Part shown: positions 1-9,808 of the stretch, piece by piece
Layout: each line of letters begins with the position of its first letter
Numbering within the stretch: position 1 is the stretch's first letter
Source of the DNA: Pirellulales bacterium
GTDB lineage: Bacteria; Planctomycetota; Planctomycetia; Pirellulales; PALSA-1355
Assembly (NCBI GenBank): GCA_963733035.1
Contig: CAVTBU010000010.1
Location: 64,001 to 128,000 of the forward strand
Direction of reading: 5' to 3'
Length of the DNA stretch: 64,000 nucleotides
Translations under genes and position numbers: made by a program
Notes under the pieces: model-generated
The model's database searches: none
What the model saw: only the letters and a program-made list of their open reading frames with translations
Told to the model about the DNA's origin: nothing

Positions 1-4
1 ATCC

Positions 5-485
5 ATGGGCACCTCGTCGCAACCTTCGCCGGGACGAATCGCGGGCATCGACTACGGCACGGTTCGCGTGGGCATTGCCATCTCGGATCCGGATCAGACG
101 CTTGCCAGCCCGCTGGAAACCTACCAGCGGCGCAACGACGCACTCGACCGTGAGCGGTTTCGCCGGCTCGTGAGCGAAGAACGGATCGTGCGGTTTGTGG
201 TGGGCTTGCCGGTGCATCTTGACGGCCGAGAAAGCCAGAAATCGGCCGAGGCCCGGCAGTTTGGCAAATGGTTGCAAGAGACCACCGGAGTTGAAGTAGA
301 GTATTTCGATGAGCGTTTCACGACGCACGAGGCCGAAGTGTATTTGGCCGGCGCAGCTCAGCAAAAAGAAACGCAAGGCGCGACTCGACAAGCTGGCGGC
401 CCAGATCCTGCTCACGGGCTATCTGGAACGTCAACGCAGCGGGATGGAGCACCGCGACGATTCGTTGCAAGGGCTAGACGACTAA
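5..485 (+). CDS. ruvX: Holliday junction resolvase-like / pre-16S rRNA nuclease YqgF (RuvX), frameshifted near 350
   Basis: GIDYGTVRVGIAISD, VVGLP and DERFTT motifs. The expected C-terminus (LSKKKRKARLDKLAAQILLTGYLE) continues in another frame to TAA at 483-485. Confidence 0.88.
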
Positions 486-527
486 GCGCGCTGGCGCGGA
501 CCAAGTCGAATTGACGGCGACCGAGTC

Positions 528-1418
528 ATGACGAAACTGATTTTTGGTTGCGGATACCTGGGTTCGCGAGTGTCAGCGCTCTGGAAAGCGCAAGGTCATG
601 ACGTGTTTGTCGTCACGCGCAGCGGCGAGCGAGCGCGACAGTTCGCGGCCGACGGTTACCGGCCGGTCGTGGCCGACGTGTTGCGTCCCGAATCGCTGGC
701 CGGCTTGCCGTGCGCCGAAACGGTGCTGTTTGCCGTGGGATACGACCGCAGTTCCGGCGCCTCGATCTACGACGTGTATGTGGCGGGCCTGCGCGATGTG
801 TTGGCTTCCCTGGGCGACCACGTGCGGCGGTTTATCTACATCAGTTCGACCGGGGTGTATGGACAGGCAAATGGCGAGACGGTGGACGAAACGTCTCCGA
901 CGCGGCCGCGCCGCGATGGTGGCCGTGCGAGCCTGGCGGCCGAACAAACTCTGGCCCGCGATCTGCTGGGCGAACGGGCCGTCGTGCTGCGGTTGGCGGG
1001 CATCTATGGTCCGGGGCGGATTCCGCTGGCGGCCAAGATTCGCGCCGGCGAGCCGATACCGGCTCCGGCTGCCGGGTCGCTCAATCTGATTCACGTGGCC
1101 GATGCGGCGCGCGTCGTGCTGGCGGCGGAGGAGATCGCCGATCCCCCGCGCACGTATAACGTCTCGGACGGCCATCCCGCGGTCCGGCGCGAGTACTACA
1201 AAGAGTTGGCACGTTTGCTCGATGCGCCACCGCCGACGTTCGAGGAGCCGGCAGCCGACTCACCCGTAGCAGCTCGCGCCGGGGTTGACAAACGCGTGGA
1301 CAATCGGCGGATGATCGCCGAGCTGGGCGTGCAGCTCGAGTACCCCACCTACCGCGATGGCCTGGCAGCGATCGTGGCGGAGGAAGCCAAGGGAGCCGAG
1401 AGAACGCGAAGTGAATGA
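528..1418 (+). CDS. NAD-dependent epimerase/dehydratase (extended SDR) family
   Basis: GCGYLG Rossmann motif, YISSTGVYG, LRLAGIYGPGR, NLIHVAD. Confidence 0.88.
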   Translation: MTKLIFGCGYLGSRVSALWKAQGHDVFVVTRSGERARQFAADGYRPVVADVLRPESLAGLPCAETVLFAVGYDRSSGASIYDVYVAGLRDVLASLGDHVRRFIYISSTGVYGQANGETVDETSPTRPRRDGGRASLAAEQTLARDLLGERAVVLRLAGIYGPGRIPLAAKIRAGEPIPAPAAGSLNLIHVADAARVVLAAEEIADPPRTYNVSDGHPAVRREYYKELARLLDAPPPTFEEPAADSPVAARAGVDKRVDNRRMIAELGVQLEYPTYRDGLAAIVAEEAKGAERTRSE

Positions 1419-1659
1419 GTCCGAGCTGACCGGTGGCGGCGAGCCGATGCGCCCCAAACGAGCTGGTGGTTTTGGTCGCTTGACGCTACTGGTGTTTCCG
1501 ATGGCAGGCCTTGCCGCGTTCGGCGGTGCGTGCGCGGCAATTGGCGAAATCCGCGGAAAACGCCAGGTCGCCCTCCCCAGCTATGGATTTCTGGGTTTGG
1601 GGTTTATCACCATCGTGGCAGGCCTTTGGTTGTTGTCGGTGTTTTTTGGCAAGCGATGA
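1411..1659 (+). CDS. small two-TM membrane protein, hypothetical
   Basis: GTG overlaps the upstream stop; two hydrophobic segments. Start uncertain (alternative ATG at 1447). Confidence 0.55.
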   Translation: MNESELTGGGEPMRPKRAGGFGRLTLLVFPMAGLAAFGGACAAIGEIRGKRQVALPSYGFLGLGFITIVAGLWLLSVFFGKR

Positions 1660-1913
1660 TCGACGGGCCGGCAAGGCCGTCCAGGGGACGACTCGCTGCC
1701 GGGGCCCTTTACCGCTCGGTGCCACCTCTTATCCCGCTCCTTGCCGAGTTGGGCGGGGGTCTTTAGAATTCGAGGCTCTGAAAGAGTTCCATTCGATCCG
1801 CCGATTCTTGCGAGAATTGCCCCCAGAGCAGCGACCCCTGCGTTAGCTCCGCCAAACGGTACACCGGACTTGCCCGGACCGGCGTGGCGCCCAGGCAGGA
1901 AGGATTTTACGCC

Positions 1914-2696
1914 ATGCTTCAACGGAAGCCCGTCTTCCCGAACGTCATCGAAATGAACTACCAGGCCGGAGAGCGGCTGGGTTGCAACGTCTATTTGATC
2001 TACGACGGCGCTGAATGGGTCATGATCGACGTCGGGTATGACGAAACGGTCGACGAAATCGTCGAGCTGATTCGCCAGCTCGACTTCCCGCTGTCGCACT
2101 GCAAGATGCTGATTGCCACGCATGCCGACGTGGATCACATCCAGGGATTGGCCAAGATCAATCAGTTGCTTAAAACGAAGATCGTCGGCCACAAGTTGGC
2201 CGCCGAACCGTTGGCCACTGGCGATCGCATCAAGACGTTTGCCGAGATCGATGCCCAGAACATTCACCTGGAAATGCCGCCGGTAAAGCTCGACGAGTTG
2301 ATCGGCGAAGGGGACAAGATCCAGGTTGGCAAGCTGGAGTTGGAAGTCTGGCACACGCCGGGACATACCGACAGCCAGCTTTCGTTTCGCATGGGCAACT
2401 TGCTGTTCAGCGGCGACAACATCTATCGCGACGGCTGCGTGGGCGCAATCGATGCCCATCACGGCAGCGACATTCAGGCATTTCTCAAATCGCTCCGTCG
2501 CATTCGCGAGAGCGACGTGGAGTGGCTGCTGCCGAGCCACGGCCCGATCTTCCGCAAGAACAACACGCTCATCGACAAGGCGATCGCCCGGCTGGAAGGT
2601 TACTTGCACATGGCCGACTTCGGCACCTGCGCCATCGACTGGCCCCTGATGGACGAATGGGACAAGGAACTGGAAGCCGGCAAGATGCCCCAATAA
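1914..2696 (+). CDS. MBL-fold metallo-hydrolase (glyoxalase II-like)
   Basis: [10 protein letters not shown] (HxDxDH variant), HTPGHT, FSGD, LPSHG. Confidence 0.9.
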   Translation: MLQRKPVFPNVIEMNYQAGERLGCNVYLIYDGAEWVMIDVGYDETVDEIVELIRQLDFPLSHCKMLIATHADVDHIQGLAKINQLLKTKIVGHKLAAEPLATGDRIKTFAEIDAQNIHLEMPPVKLDELIGEGDKIQVGKLELEVWHTPGHTDSQLSFRMGNLLFSGDNIYRDGCVGAIDAHHGSDIQAFLKSLRRIRESDVEWLLPSHGPIFRKNNTLIDKAIARLEGYLHMADFGTCAIDWPLMDEWDKELEAGKMPQ

Positions 2697-2881
2697 CGGC
2701 TGCTAGCACGAGTCGACACAGCCGGCCGTCTGCGAAACCCTGCGGGTTCTAGCGGATATTCCCTCAATGCCGCTTGTGACGCGTGCCGATGGATGTTGGT
2801 AGACCCAAGCTGCCGGACGATCGCGGTCCCGTAAATCACGCGACGCCGGTGTGATCGACATTTCTCAGGGGGGAATCTGCG

Positions 2882-3223
2882 ATGGTCCGCCGAATGCTTC
2901 TTGCGCTTTGCTGCGCGGCGGGTTTGAGCGTGCTGGTCTCCGCCGAGGCCCAGGCCCAGCAGCCCATGACCGGGCAGCAGGCTTTTGGCCGGCAATGGGG
3001 AGGCAGCTACAGCACCCAAGACTGGAACCGCTTGTACCACTACCCGTACGTCTACTACCCGCAAAATTTCTGGTCGAGCGAGTACTACCAGAGTTCGAAC
3101 GATCTGTACTTCCGCTATCCGCCCGAAATGCGGATTCCGGTCTACAACAAGCAGTGGATGAACATGTATCCCGAAGGTCGGCTGTATCACTCGGGCCACC
3201 ACTTCATACTCGATACGTTTTGA
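2882..3223 (+). CDS. secreted Tyr/Pro/aromatic-rich small protein, function unknown
   Basis: Signal peptide ending AQA, G-rich RBS-like stretch upstream, mature part very Tyr-rich. Confidence 0.75.
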   Translation: MVRRMLLALCCAAGLSVLVSAEAQAQQPMTGQQAFGRQWGGSYSTQDWNRLYHYPYVYYPQNFWSSEYYQSSNDLYFRYPPEMRIPVYNKQWMNMYPEGRLYHSGHHFILDTF

Positions 3224-3404
3224 ATTGGCTGAGAATTCTCAGCTTGCGGTGGAACGACAGTCGGGAGGTTGGCCCGAGCGGATGTGACGCCCTTGTCGCG
3301 ATGAAAGCGAACGGAAGCTGGCTTGCGGCAAGCATCCACGAGGGTCGTCGCTTTGCGGCGCCGTAACCGAACTTGCCTGACGTGAAACGGGGTCGGACCG
3401 CCGG

Positions 3405-3439
3405 AAAGGGGTCTGGAGTCTTGAACTCCCGACCCCTTT
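3405..3439. repeat. REP-like inverted repeat / bidirectional terminator
   Basis: AAAGGGGTCTGGAGTC-TTGA-ACTCCCGACCCCTTT between convergent genes; a similar copy lies at 27862-27892. Confidence 0.6.
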
Positions 3440-3447
3440 ATTATTGA

Positions 3448-4641
3448 TCAGGCGAGACCGCGGGCGGCGAAGCGATACAGTGCCTCGCTGGCGGCCTCGA
3501 GGCCGTCGAGCGCGAGCCACTCGTCGGCCGTGTGGGCCTGGGCGATCGAACCCGGCCCAAACACGATGGACGGGACTCCGGCTGCGGAAATGGCCGCGGC
3601 ATCGGTGCCGTAGGGGACGCCGATTTTTTCGCTTTCCAGCCCCATCGACCTCGCCGCCCCTTGCATCGCGTTGGCAAGTTCGCCATTCGTTTCGTCGGGC
3701 AGCCCGACGCCGATCAAGAATGGTGGATCGTGCTGAATCCGCACCTCGCTGCCGACTTCGCGCGAAAGGTAATCGATCACGTGCATGTACGCTGCTTGGG
3801 GTTCTTCGTGCGGCAGCAATCGGCGGTCGATTTCGATCGTGCAGCGGTCCGGCACGGTATTGACGCTCAAACCACCGGTGATCGTGCCCACGCTCAAGGT
3901 GGGCCGCCCGCAGAGCGGATGCTCACCTAGCGTTGGCGCCACGTCGCGCTGATAGCGCTGGAGCGCCGCCAGCACTGGCCCCATGCGAAAGATTGCGTTC
4001 TCGCACAAGTGGGGCTGCGAGCTGTGCCCCGCACGTCCCAGGGCATGGCATCGCCAACGCACCACGCCCTTGTGCGCGACCACGACCTGCAGTTCGGTCG
4101 GTTCGGCGATCACGGCGGCGTCTGGCTGCCGGGGCACGATTGCATCGGGCTCGGACCAGAGCTTGGTGAGTGCCGTGGCGCCCGAGTAGCCATGTTCTTC
4201 GTTTACGGTGCAGGCCATGACGATGGTCGGCATGCCTTTGGGGCGATCGGTGGCCAGCCGGGCCAGGGCGCCAAGCATGGCGGTCATGCCTCCTTTGATG
4301 TCGCAGGCGCCGCGGCCATAGAGGCGGCCTTCTTTCACGACCGGTGTCCACGGCTCGATCGTCATGCCGTCGACCGGAACGGTGTCTTGGTGGGCCTCGA
4401 ACATGATCAGCGGGCCACCGGCCGTGTGCGAAACGGCCCCGTCGAGCCGAGCGATGATGTTGTCGCGTTTCGGTTCGACCGGCTGACGCTGGTAGGGGAG
4501 TTTCAGCGAGCGGAACAGCGATTCGAGGTAGTCAGTTACGCGGTATTCAAAGTACTCGGGCCCAGCCACGGGCTTGCCCATGGGGTTCACGCTTGGCAGT
4601 GCGACCAGTTCGCTGAGCGTCCGGTTTAGATTCAGGGTCAT
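3448..4641 (-). CDS. M20 family metallopeptidase/deacylase (ArgE/DapE-like)
   Basis: EAHQDTV, GRGACDIKGG, NEE, IAEPT, GHSS, AHTADE motifs. Confidence 0.9.
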   Translation of the reverse strand: MTLNLNRTLSELVALPSVNPMGKPVAGPEYFEYRVTDYLESLFRSLKLPYQRQPVEPKRDNIIARLDGAVSHTAGGPLIMFEAHQDTVPVDGMTIEPWTPVVKEGRLYGRGACDIKGGMTAMLGALARLATDRPKGMPTIVMACTVNEEHGYSGATALTKLWSEPDAIVPRQPDAAVIAEPTELQVVVAHKGVVRWRCHALGRAGHSSQPHLCENAIFRMGPVLAALQRYQRDVAPTLGEHPLCGRPTLSVGTITGGLSVNTVPDRCTIEIDRRLLPHEEPQAAYMHVIDYLSREVGSEVRIQHDPPFLIGVGLPDETNGELANAMQGAARSMGLESEKIGVPYGTDAAAISAAGVPSIVFGPGSIAQAHTADEWLALDGLEAASEALYRFAARGLA

Positions 4642-4976
4642 GACTATCTCGGCGGTTCTCGGCTGGGGTATTGGTGGCGGGCCAGTCCGCGGTGGTCATC
4701 ATAGCGGTTGATTGGCGCCAGTTCTCCCCGCATAGCGAACACACCGCCGGCGGCGGCGGGGCAACATCGGCTTTGATGCTCGTGGCCAACAAGCGAGAGC
4801 ATTACCCCGGACGAGCAGGTGCCGGCGGCGATGAGCGGTTTTAGGGCTGCCACACGTCCGCTTGACCGTCTGGTAGGGGCTCGATAGGATCTTTTTTGCG
4901 TCGCGAGCCCAAGCGTGGCCTGAATTTAGGGCGTTTTTAGGCGAGAAGACCCCCAGGCGGGTCTTTTCCTTGGGCT

Positions 4977-5002
4977 CACTTTGTGACAAGATTCACAAAG
5001 TG
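4977..5002. promoter_or_regulatory. palindromic operator upstream of nuoA (Rex-box or CRP/FNR-like)
   Basis: CACTTTGTGA-CAAGAT-TCACAAAGTG with perfect 10-bp arms; core is one mismatch from Rex TTGTGAA-N4-TTCACAA. Confidence 0.7.
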
Positions 5003-5073
5003 CCCTGAATGCCGTAAATTATCGCCATCGTTTACCTGACCCTCAACTCGCACTCCCGCCAAAAGCGCACGCC

Positions 5074-5472
5074 ATGGAACTGGCCGTCCTGCCGATTTTC
5101 CTGTTTGGCGCCGCCGCCATCGGTTTGGCGATCGGGCTGTTGGCAGTCAGTTCGCTGATCGGCCCGCACAAGAACGGGCGCGTGAAGGAAATGCCGTATG
5201 AGAGCGGCATGGATCCGATTCACGACACGCATCGGCGGTTTGATGTGCGGTTTTACCTGGTCGCGATCGCGTTCTTGGTGTTCGACGTCGAATTGTTGTT
5301 CCTCTATCCCTGGGCCGTCGCGAGCCGCAATCCCCAGGGCATTGATCATGCCGTCGAAGCCGGCTGGGTGGCGAGCCGGGGGTTGGTGTTTGGCGAGGTG
5401 CTGGTGTTTCTGGCGCTGTTGGCGGCTGGCTTCGTCTATGCCTGGCGGAAAGGGGTGTTCCGATGGCGATAG
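5074..5472 (+). CDS. nuoA: NADH-quinone oxidoreductase subunit A
   Basis: PYESGMDP, FDVRFYLVAIAFLVFDVE, AWRKG. Confidence 0.96.
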   Translation: MELAVLPIFLFGAAAIGLAIGLLAVSSLIGPHKNGRVKEMPYESGMDPIHDTHRRFDVRFYLVAIAFLVFDVELLFLYPWAVASRNPQGIDHAVEAGWVASRGLVFGEVLVFLALLAAGFVYAWRKGVFRWR

Positions 5473-6044
5473 AAGTACCCGAGAACGTGGTGGTCAGCCG
5501 GCTGGATGAATTGGCCAGTTGGTGCCGCAAGAACAGTCTGTGGCCGATGCCGTTCGCCACGGCGTGCTGTGGCATCGAGTTGATGGCCACTGGCGCAAGC
5601 AAGCACGACTTGGCCCGTTTTGGTGCCGAGGTGATGCGGTTCAGCCCGCGGCAGTGCGACTTGATGATCGTGGCGGGCCGGGTGGTGATGAAGATGCTCC
5701 CGGTGTTGCAGCGAATTTGGCAGCAGATGCATGAACCGAAATGGTGCATTTCGATGGGCGCGTGTGCCTCGACGGGCGGCGTGTTTGACACGTATTGCGT
5801 CGTGCAAGGCATCGACCGCTTTATTCCGGTGGATATGTACGTGCCCGGTTGTCCGCCGCGGCCCGAGCAGCTGATTCAGTCGATTATCGATTTGCAAGAG
5901 AAGATTCAAACGGAAGGCACGATTGCCGGGCGGGAATTCGCCACCCGTAGTCGCCAGCAAACGAAGCGGGCGTTGGTTGAGCTTCCGGTTGTCACACTCC
6001 CCCGCGGCGTAAGCCATTTGTCTCAAGGTGTCCGCGTCGAATAA
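5463..6044 (+). CDS. nuoB: NADH-quinone oxidoreductase subunit B
   Basis: ACCGIE, SPRQCD, SMGACAS, YVPGCPPRPE (N2 cluster ligands). Confidence 0.97.
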   Translation: MAIEVPENVVVSRLDELASWCRKNSLWPMPFATACCGIELMATGASKHDLARFGAEVMRFSPRQCDLMIVAGRVVMKMLPVLQRIWQQMHEPKWCISMGACASTGGVFDTYCVVQGIDRFIPVDMYVPGCPPRPEQLIQSIIDLQEKIQTEGTIAGREFATRSRQQTKRALVELPVVTLPRGVSHLSQGVRVE

Positions 6045-6092
6045 GGCGCAGAGGAAGCGGCCTGGCCGAGTTCAGGCGTCGAAAAGTTGCAA

Positions 6093-6590
6093 ATGATTGC
6101 CCCCGAAACGATCTCCGCCGTCTCCAGCAAGTTTCCCGCCGTGCGGTGGAGCGAGTTTCGCGCGCAGCATCGGGCCGCCGTACCCCGTGAGTCGCTGGCC
6201 GAGGTATTCCAGTTCGTGCGCGCCGAGTTGGGATTCGATCTGTTGGTCGACGTCACTTGCGTCGACTATTTGAATTACCGTGGCGCCGAAGACCGTTTTG
6301 GGCTCGTGTATTTGCTGGCCAACACCAAAACCAACGAGCGTCTGACGCTGCGGGTGTTTCTGAATGAGCCGGACCTGACGGTGCCGTCGGCCTGCTCCGT
6401 TTGGCCGGGCGCCAACTGGTTCGAGCGAGAAGTGTACGACATGTTCGGCATCGAGTTCGAAGGCCACCCCGACTTGCGACGCATTTTGCTCCCCGACGAA
6501 TTCGCGGCGCACCCGTTGCGTAAAGACTACCCGCTACAAGGCCGCGGCGAGCGTCATAACTTCCCGGTGCTGCACCGGGACGAAAGCTAG
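6093..6590 (+). CDS. nuoC: NADH-quinone oxidoreductase subunit C
   Basis: ANWFEREVYDMFGIEFEGHPDLRRILL, HPLRKDYPL. Confidence 0.96.
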   Translation: MIAPETISAVSSKFPAVRWSEFRAQHRAAVPRESLAEVFQFVRAELGFDLLVDVTCVDYLNYRGAEDRFGLVYLLANTKTNERLTLRVFLNEPDLTVPSACSVWPGANWFEREVYDMFGIEFEGHPDLRRILLPDEFAAHPLRKDYPLQGRGERHNFPVLHRDES

Positions 6591-6650
6591 CCCCAGGAAG
6601 GATGAAGTCAAAAGGATGAAGGATGAGTAAGACTTCATGCTTAGATACTC

Positions 6651-7883
6651 ATGTCCGTCGCTGAAACCAAAAAGAAGACGATTGCCGACCTGGCCGCTGC
6701 CGAGGCCCACGATTATCGTTGGACCTTGAACTTTGGCCCACAGCATCCGGCCACGCACACCACGTTGCGGCTGGTGCTGATGCTCGATGGCGAACGCGTG
6801 GTCGACGCGATTCCGGACATCGGTTACCTGCACTCGGGCTTTGAAAAGATCGGCGAGCACCTGGACTACAACCAGTACGTGACGGTCACCGACCGGATGA
6901 ACTACATCTCGCCGATGGCCAACAACATTGCCTGGCACAACTCGGTCGAGCGGTTGCTGGGTCTGGAACTGACGCCGCGCTGCAAGTACATCCGCACGAT
7001 TCTGGCCGAGCTGGCCCGCATTAGCGATCACCTGCTGTGCAACGGCGCGGTGGGGCTTGATGTGGGAGCCTTTACGTTCTTTTTGTACGGCTTCTACCAG
7101 CGCGAAGTGCTGTACGACATCTTTGAAACGCTGTGCGGTGCCCGATTTACGAACAGCTACACGCGTACCGGCGGCGTGATGTATGACTTCACTCCCCTGG
7201 TGGTCGAAAAGATCCGCGCGTTCGTGCGCAACTTTCCCAAAACGCTCGACGACATGGAGCGGCTGCTCAACCGCAACCGCATTTTCATCGACCGCACCAA
7301 GGGCGTCGGGTTGTTGAGCAAGGAAGACGCGATCGGCCGCAGCGCCACGGGGCCCATTGCCCGCGCCAGCGGCGTGACCCGCGACTTGCGGAAGGACGAG
7401 CCGTACCTGTCGTACGCCGATTTCGACTTCCAGGTTTGTTGCATGACGGCGGGTGATTGTTTTGCGCGCTACCTGGTCCGCATGGCCGAGATGCGCGAGA
7501 GCCTGAAGATCGTGGCCCAGGCGATCGAGAATCTGCCGACCGGGCCGGTGAACGTGGGCATCGACGAGCGGACGGCGCTACCCAATAAGCAGCAAGTTTA
7601 CAGCACGATTGAGGGCACGATCTCGCACTTCGAGCTCGTGATGGCCAACCGGGGCTTCGTGGTGCCGGAAGAAGAATCGTACGCCGCGATCGAAGCGCCC
7701 AACGGCGAACTGGGTTTTTATCTGGCTGGCGACGGATCGGACGTGGCCTATCGGGCTCGCTGCCGGCCACCGTCGTTCATTCATTTTTCGCTGTTCCCGC
7801 AATTGATCCGCGGACACACGCTATCGGACGTGGTGGCCGTGTTGGGAAGCTTGAACATCATTGCCGCCGAGCTGGACCGTTAA
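6651..7883 (+). CDS. nuoD: NADH-quinone oxidoreductase subunit D
   Basis: LNFGPQHPATH, IGYLHSGFEK, C-terminal AELDR. Confidence 0.97.
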   Translation: MSVAETKKKTIADLAAAEAHDYRWTLNFGPQHPATHTTLRLVLMLDGERVVDAIPDIGYLHSGFEKIGEHLDYNQYVTVTDRMNYISPMANNIAWHNSVERLLGLELTPRCKYIRTILAELARISDHLLCNGAVGLDVGAFTFFLYGFYQREVLYDIFETLCGARFTNSYTRTGGVMYDFTPLVVEKIRAFVRNFPKTLDDMERLLNRNRIFIDRTKGVGLLSKEDAIGRSATGPIARASGVTRDLRKDEPYLSYADFDFQVCCMTAGDCFARYLVRMAEMRESLKIVAQAIENLPTGPVNVGIDERTALPNKQQVYSTIEGTISHFELVMANRGFVVPEEESYAAIEAPNGELGFYLAGDGSDVAYRARCRPPSFIHFSLFPQLIRGHTLSDVVAVLGSLNIIAAELDR

Positions 7884-7901
7884 CCTTTAGCCGAACGAAC
7901 C

Positions 7902-8414
7902 ATGGCGACTGCCGAGCGCATTCTGACCGATGATATGATCGCCGCGATCAAGGACTACTTTCCGCGCTATCCGACGCGGCAAGCGGTGACCTTGCCGGCG
8001 CTGCACGTCGTCAACGAGCATCTGCGCTATGTCCCGCTGCAGGCGGTGGTCGAAATTGCCGAATTGCTTGGACTCGCACCGGCCGAAGTGCAGGACACGC
8101 TGTCGTTTTACGGATTCTTCAAGCAAGACAAGCCCCACGGCGAAACGCGTGCCTGGGTTTGCCGCTCGGTCAGTTGTGCGTTGCGCGGTGGCGAGCAAGT
8201 GCTGGAGCAGATGTGCCGCGCGGCTGGCATCAAACCGGGCGAGACAACCGCCGACGGCAAGTTGACGCTTGAATTCGGCGAATGCCTCGGCGGCTGCGAC
8301 TTCGCCCCCTGCATGCTCGCCGGCGATACGCTGCACAAGAACCTGACGCCCGAGTCGGGCGAAGCATTCGTCAAGAAAACCTGCCAAGGCCCCTCCGGCA
8401 ACGGACAACAATAA
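7902..8414 (+). CDS. nuoE: NADH-quinone oxidoreductase subunit E
   Basis: CRSVSC...CLGGC 2Fe-2S ligands; operon position. Confidence 0.95.
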   Translation: MATAERILTDDMIAAIKDYFPRYPTRQAVTLPALHVVNEHLRYVPLQAVVEIAELLGLAPAEVQDTLSFYGFFKQDKPHGETRAWVCRSVSCALRGGEQVLEQMCRAAGIKPGETTADGKLTLEFGECLGGCDFAPCMLAGDTLHKNLTPESGEAFVKKTCQGPSGNGQQ

Positions 8415-8443
8415 CCACCGCTTTAAAAGCATCGTCAAACCGC

Positions 8444-9795
8444 ATGCCCTTCGAACCCGTACTGCTGGCGAACATCAACAAACCCGACAGCCATACGCTG
8501 CGCGTGTATGAAGAGGGGGGCGGTTATCGGCGCTGAAGAAGGTGCTGGCCGAAATGGCACCGGCCGACATGATCGAGCTGGTCAAGAGCAGCAACCTGCG
8601 GGGCCGCGGCGGCGCCGGTTTCCCCACCGGGCTAAAGTGGTCGTTCCTGCCCAAGGATCACCCGGGCCCGGTCTACATGTGTATCAACGCCGACGAGAGC
8701 GAGCCGGGCACGTTCAACAATCGCATCCTGATGGAGGAGGATCCGCACCAGGTGATCGAGGGCGTGATCCTCAGTTGCTTCGCCACGCGTGCGGTCACGG
8801 CCTACATCTACTTGCGTTTCGAGTACCCGCTGTGCTACCAGCGGCTGCAAGCGGCCATCGACGAATGTTACGCCGCGGGATACCTGGGCAAGAACATTCA
8901 GGGGAGCGATTTCTCGCTCGACATTTACTTGCATCGCGGTGCCGCCGCCTACATCTGTGGCGAAGAGACCGGCCTGATCGAGAGCCTGGAGGGCAAGCGA
9001 GCCTGGCCGCGCATCAAGCCGCCGTTTCCGGCCGTCGAGGGCGTGTTTCGCAAACCGACCGTGGTCAACAACATCGAAACGGCCTGCTGTGTCACGCAGA
9101 TTGCCGCGCGTGGAGCGGACTGGTTCAAGAGCATCGGCGTGCCGGCCGATCCAAACAACCCGCGCGACGCGGGCAGCTATGGGCCGAAGCTGTACTGCCT
9201 GAGCGGGCACGTCAACAAGCCGGGCTGTTACGAAGCGCCGTTGGGCATTACTTGCCGGCAGCTAATTGACGAGTACGGCGGCGGTGTGTGGAAAGACCGC
9301 AAAGCGAAGGCGGCGATTCCCGGCGGCATCAGCATGGGCCTGCTCACCGAGGCGGAACTCGACACGCCGTTGGATTTCTCCGGGCCAGGACGCGTTGGCT
9401 GCCTGGGCCTGGGAACCGCGGCCGTGGTGGTGATCGACGAAACCGTGCCAATCGTCGACTTCCTGCACAATAGCTGTCGCTTCTTCGCCCACGAGAGTTG
9501 TGGTCAGTGTACACCGTGTCGCGAAGGGACGGCCTGGTCGCTCACGATGCTCGAGCGGATCAAAGCCGGCCGCGGTCGACTCAAGGATCTGGATCTGCTG
9601 CTGGAGATTGGCGACTCGATCGGCATCATGCCCGGCACGACCATTTGCGGCCTGGCCGACGGCGCTGCGTGGCCCATCAAGAACGCGATTCGCAAGTTTC
9701 GCGACGAATTTGAAGAGTACATCAAGCGGACAAATCCCACGGGATACATGGTGACCGAAGCAGTCGAAGCGTTGCCGATTTTGGCGGCCCACTAG
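8444..9795 (+). CDS. nuoF: NADH-quinone oxidoreductase subunit F, frameshift near 8530
   Basis: MPFEPVLL...GGY in one frame joins ALKKVL...LRGRGGAGFPTG, NADESEPGT, ESCGQCTPCREG in the next. Confidence 0.95.
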
Positions 9796-9808
9796 AAAAA
9801 GCGCGATC

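Noticed and set aside
3228..3243. Perfect 16-bp palindrome GCTGAGAATTCTCAGC
   Set aside because: Single copy just after a stop codon with no T tract; function cannot be supported.
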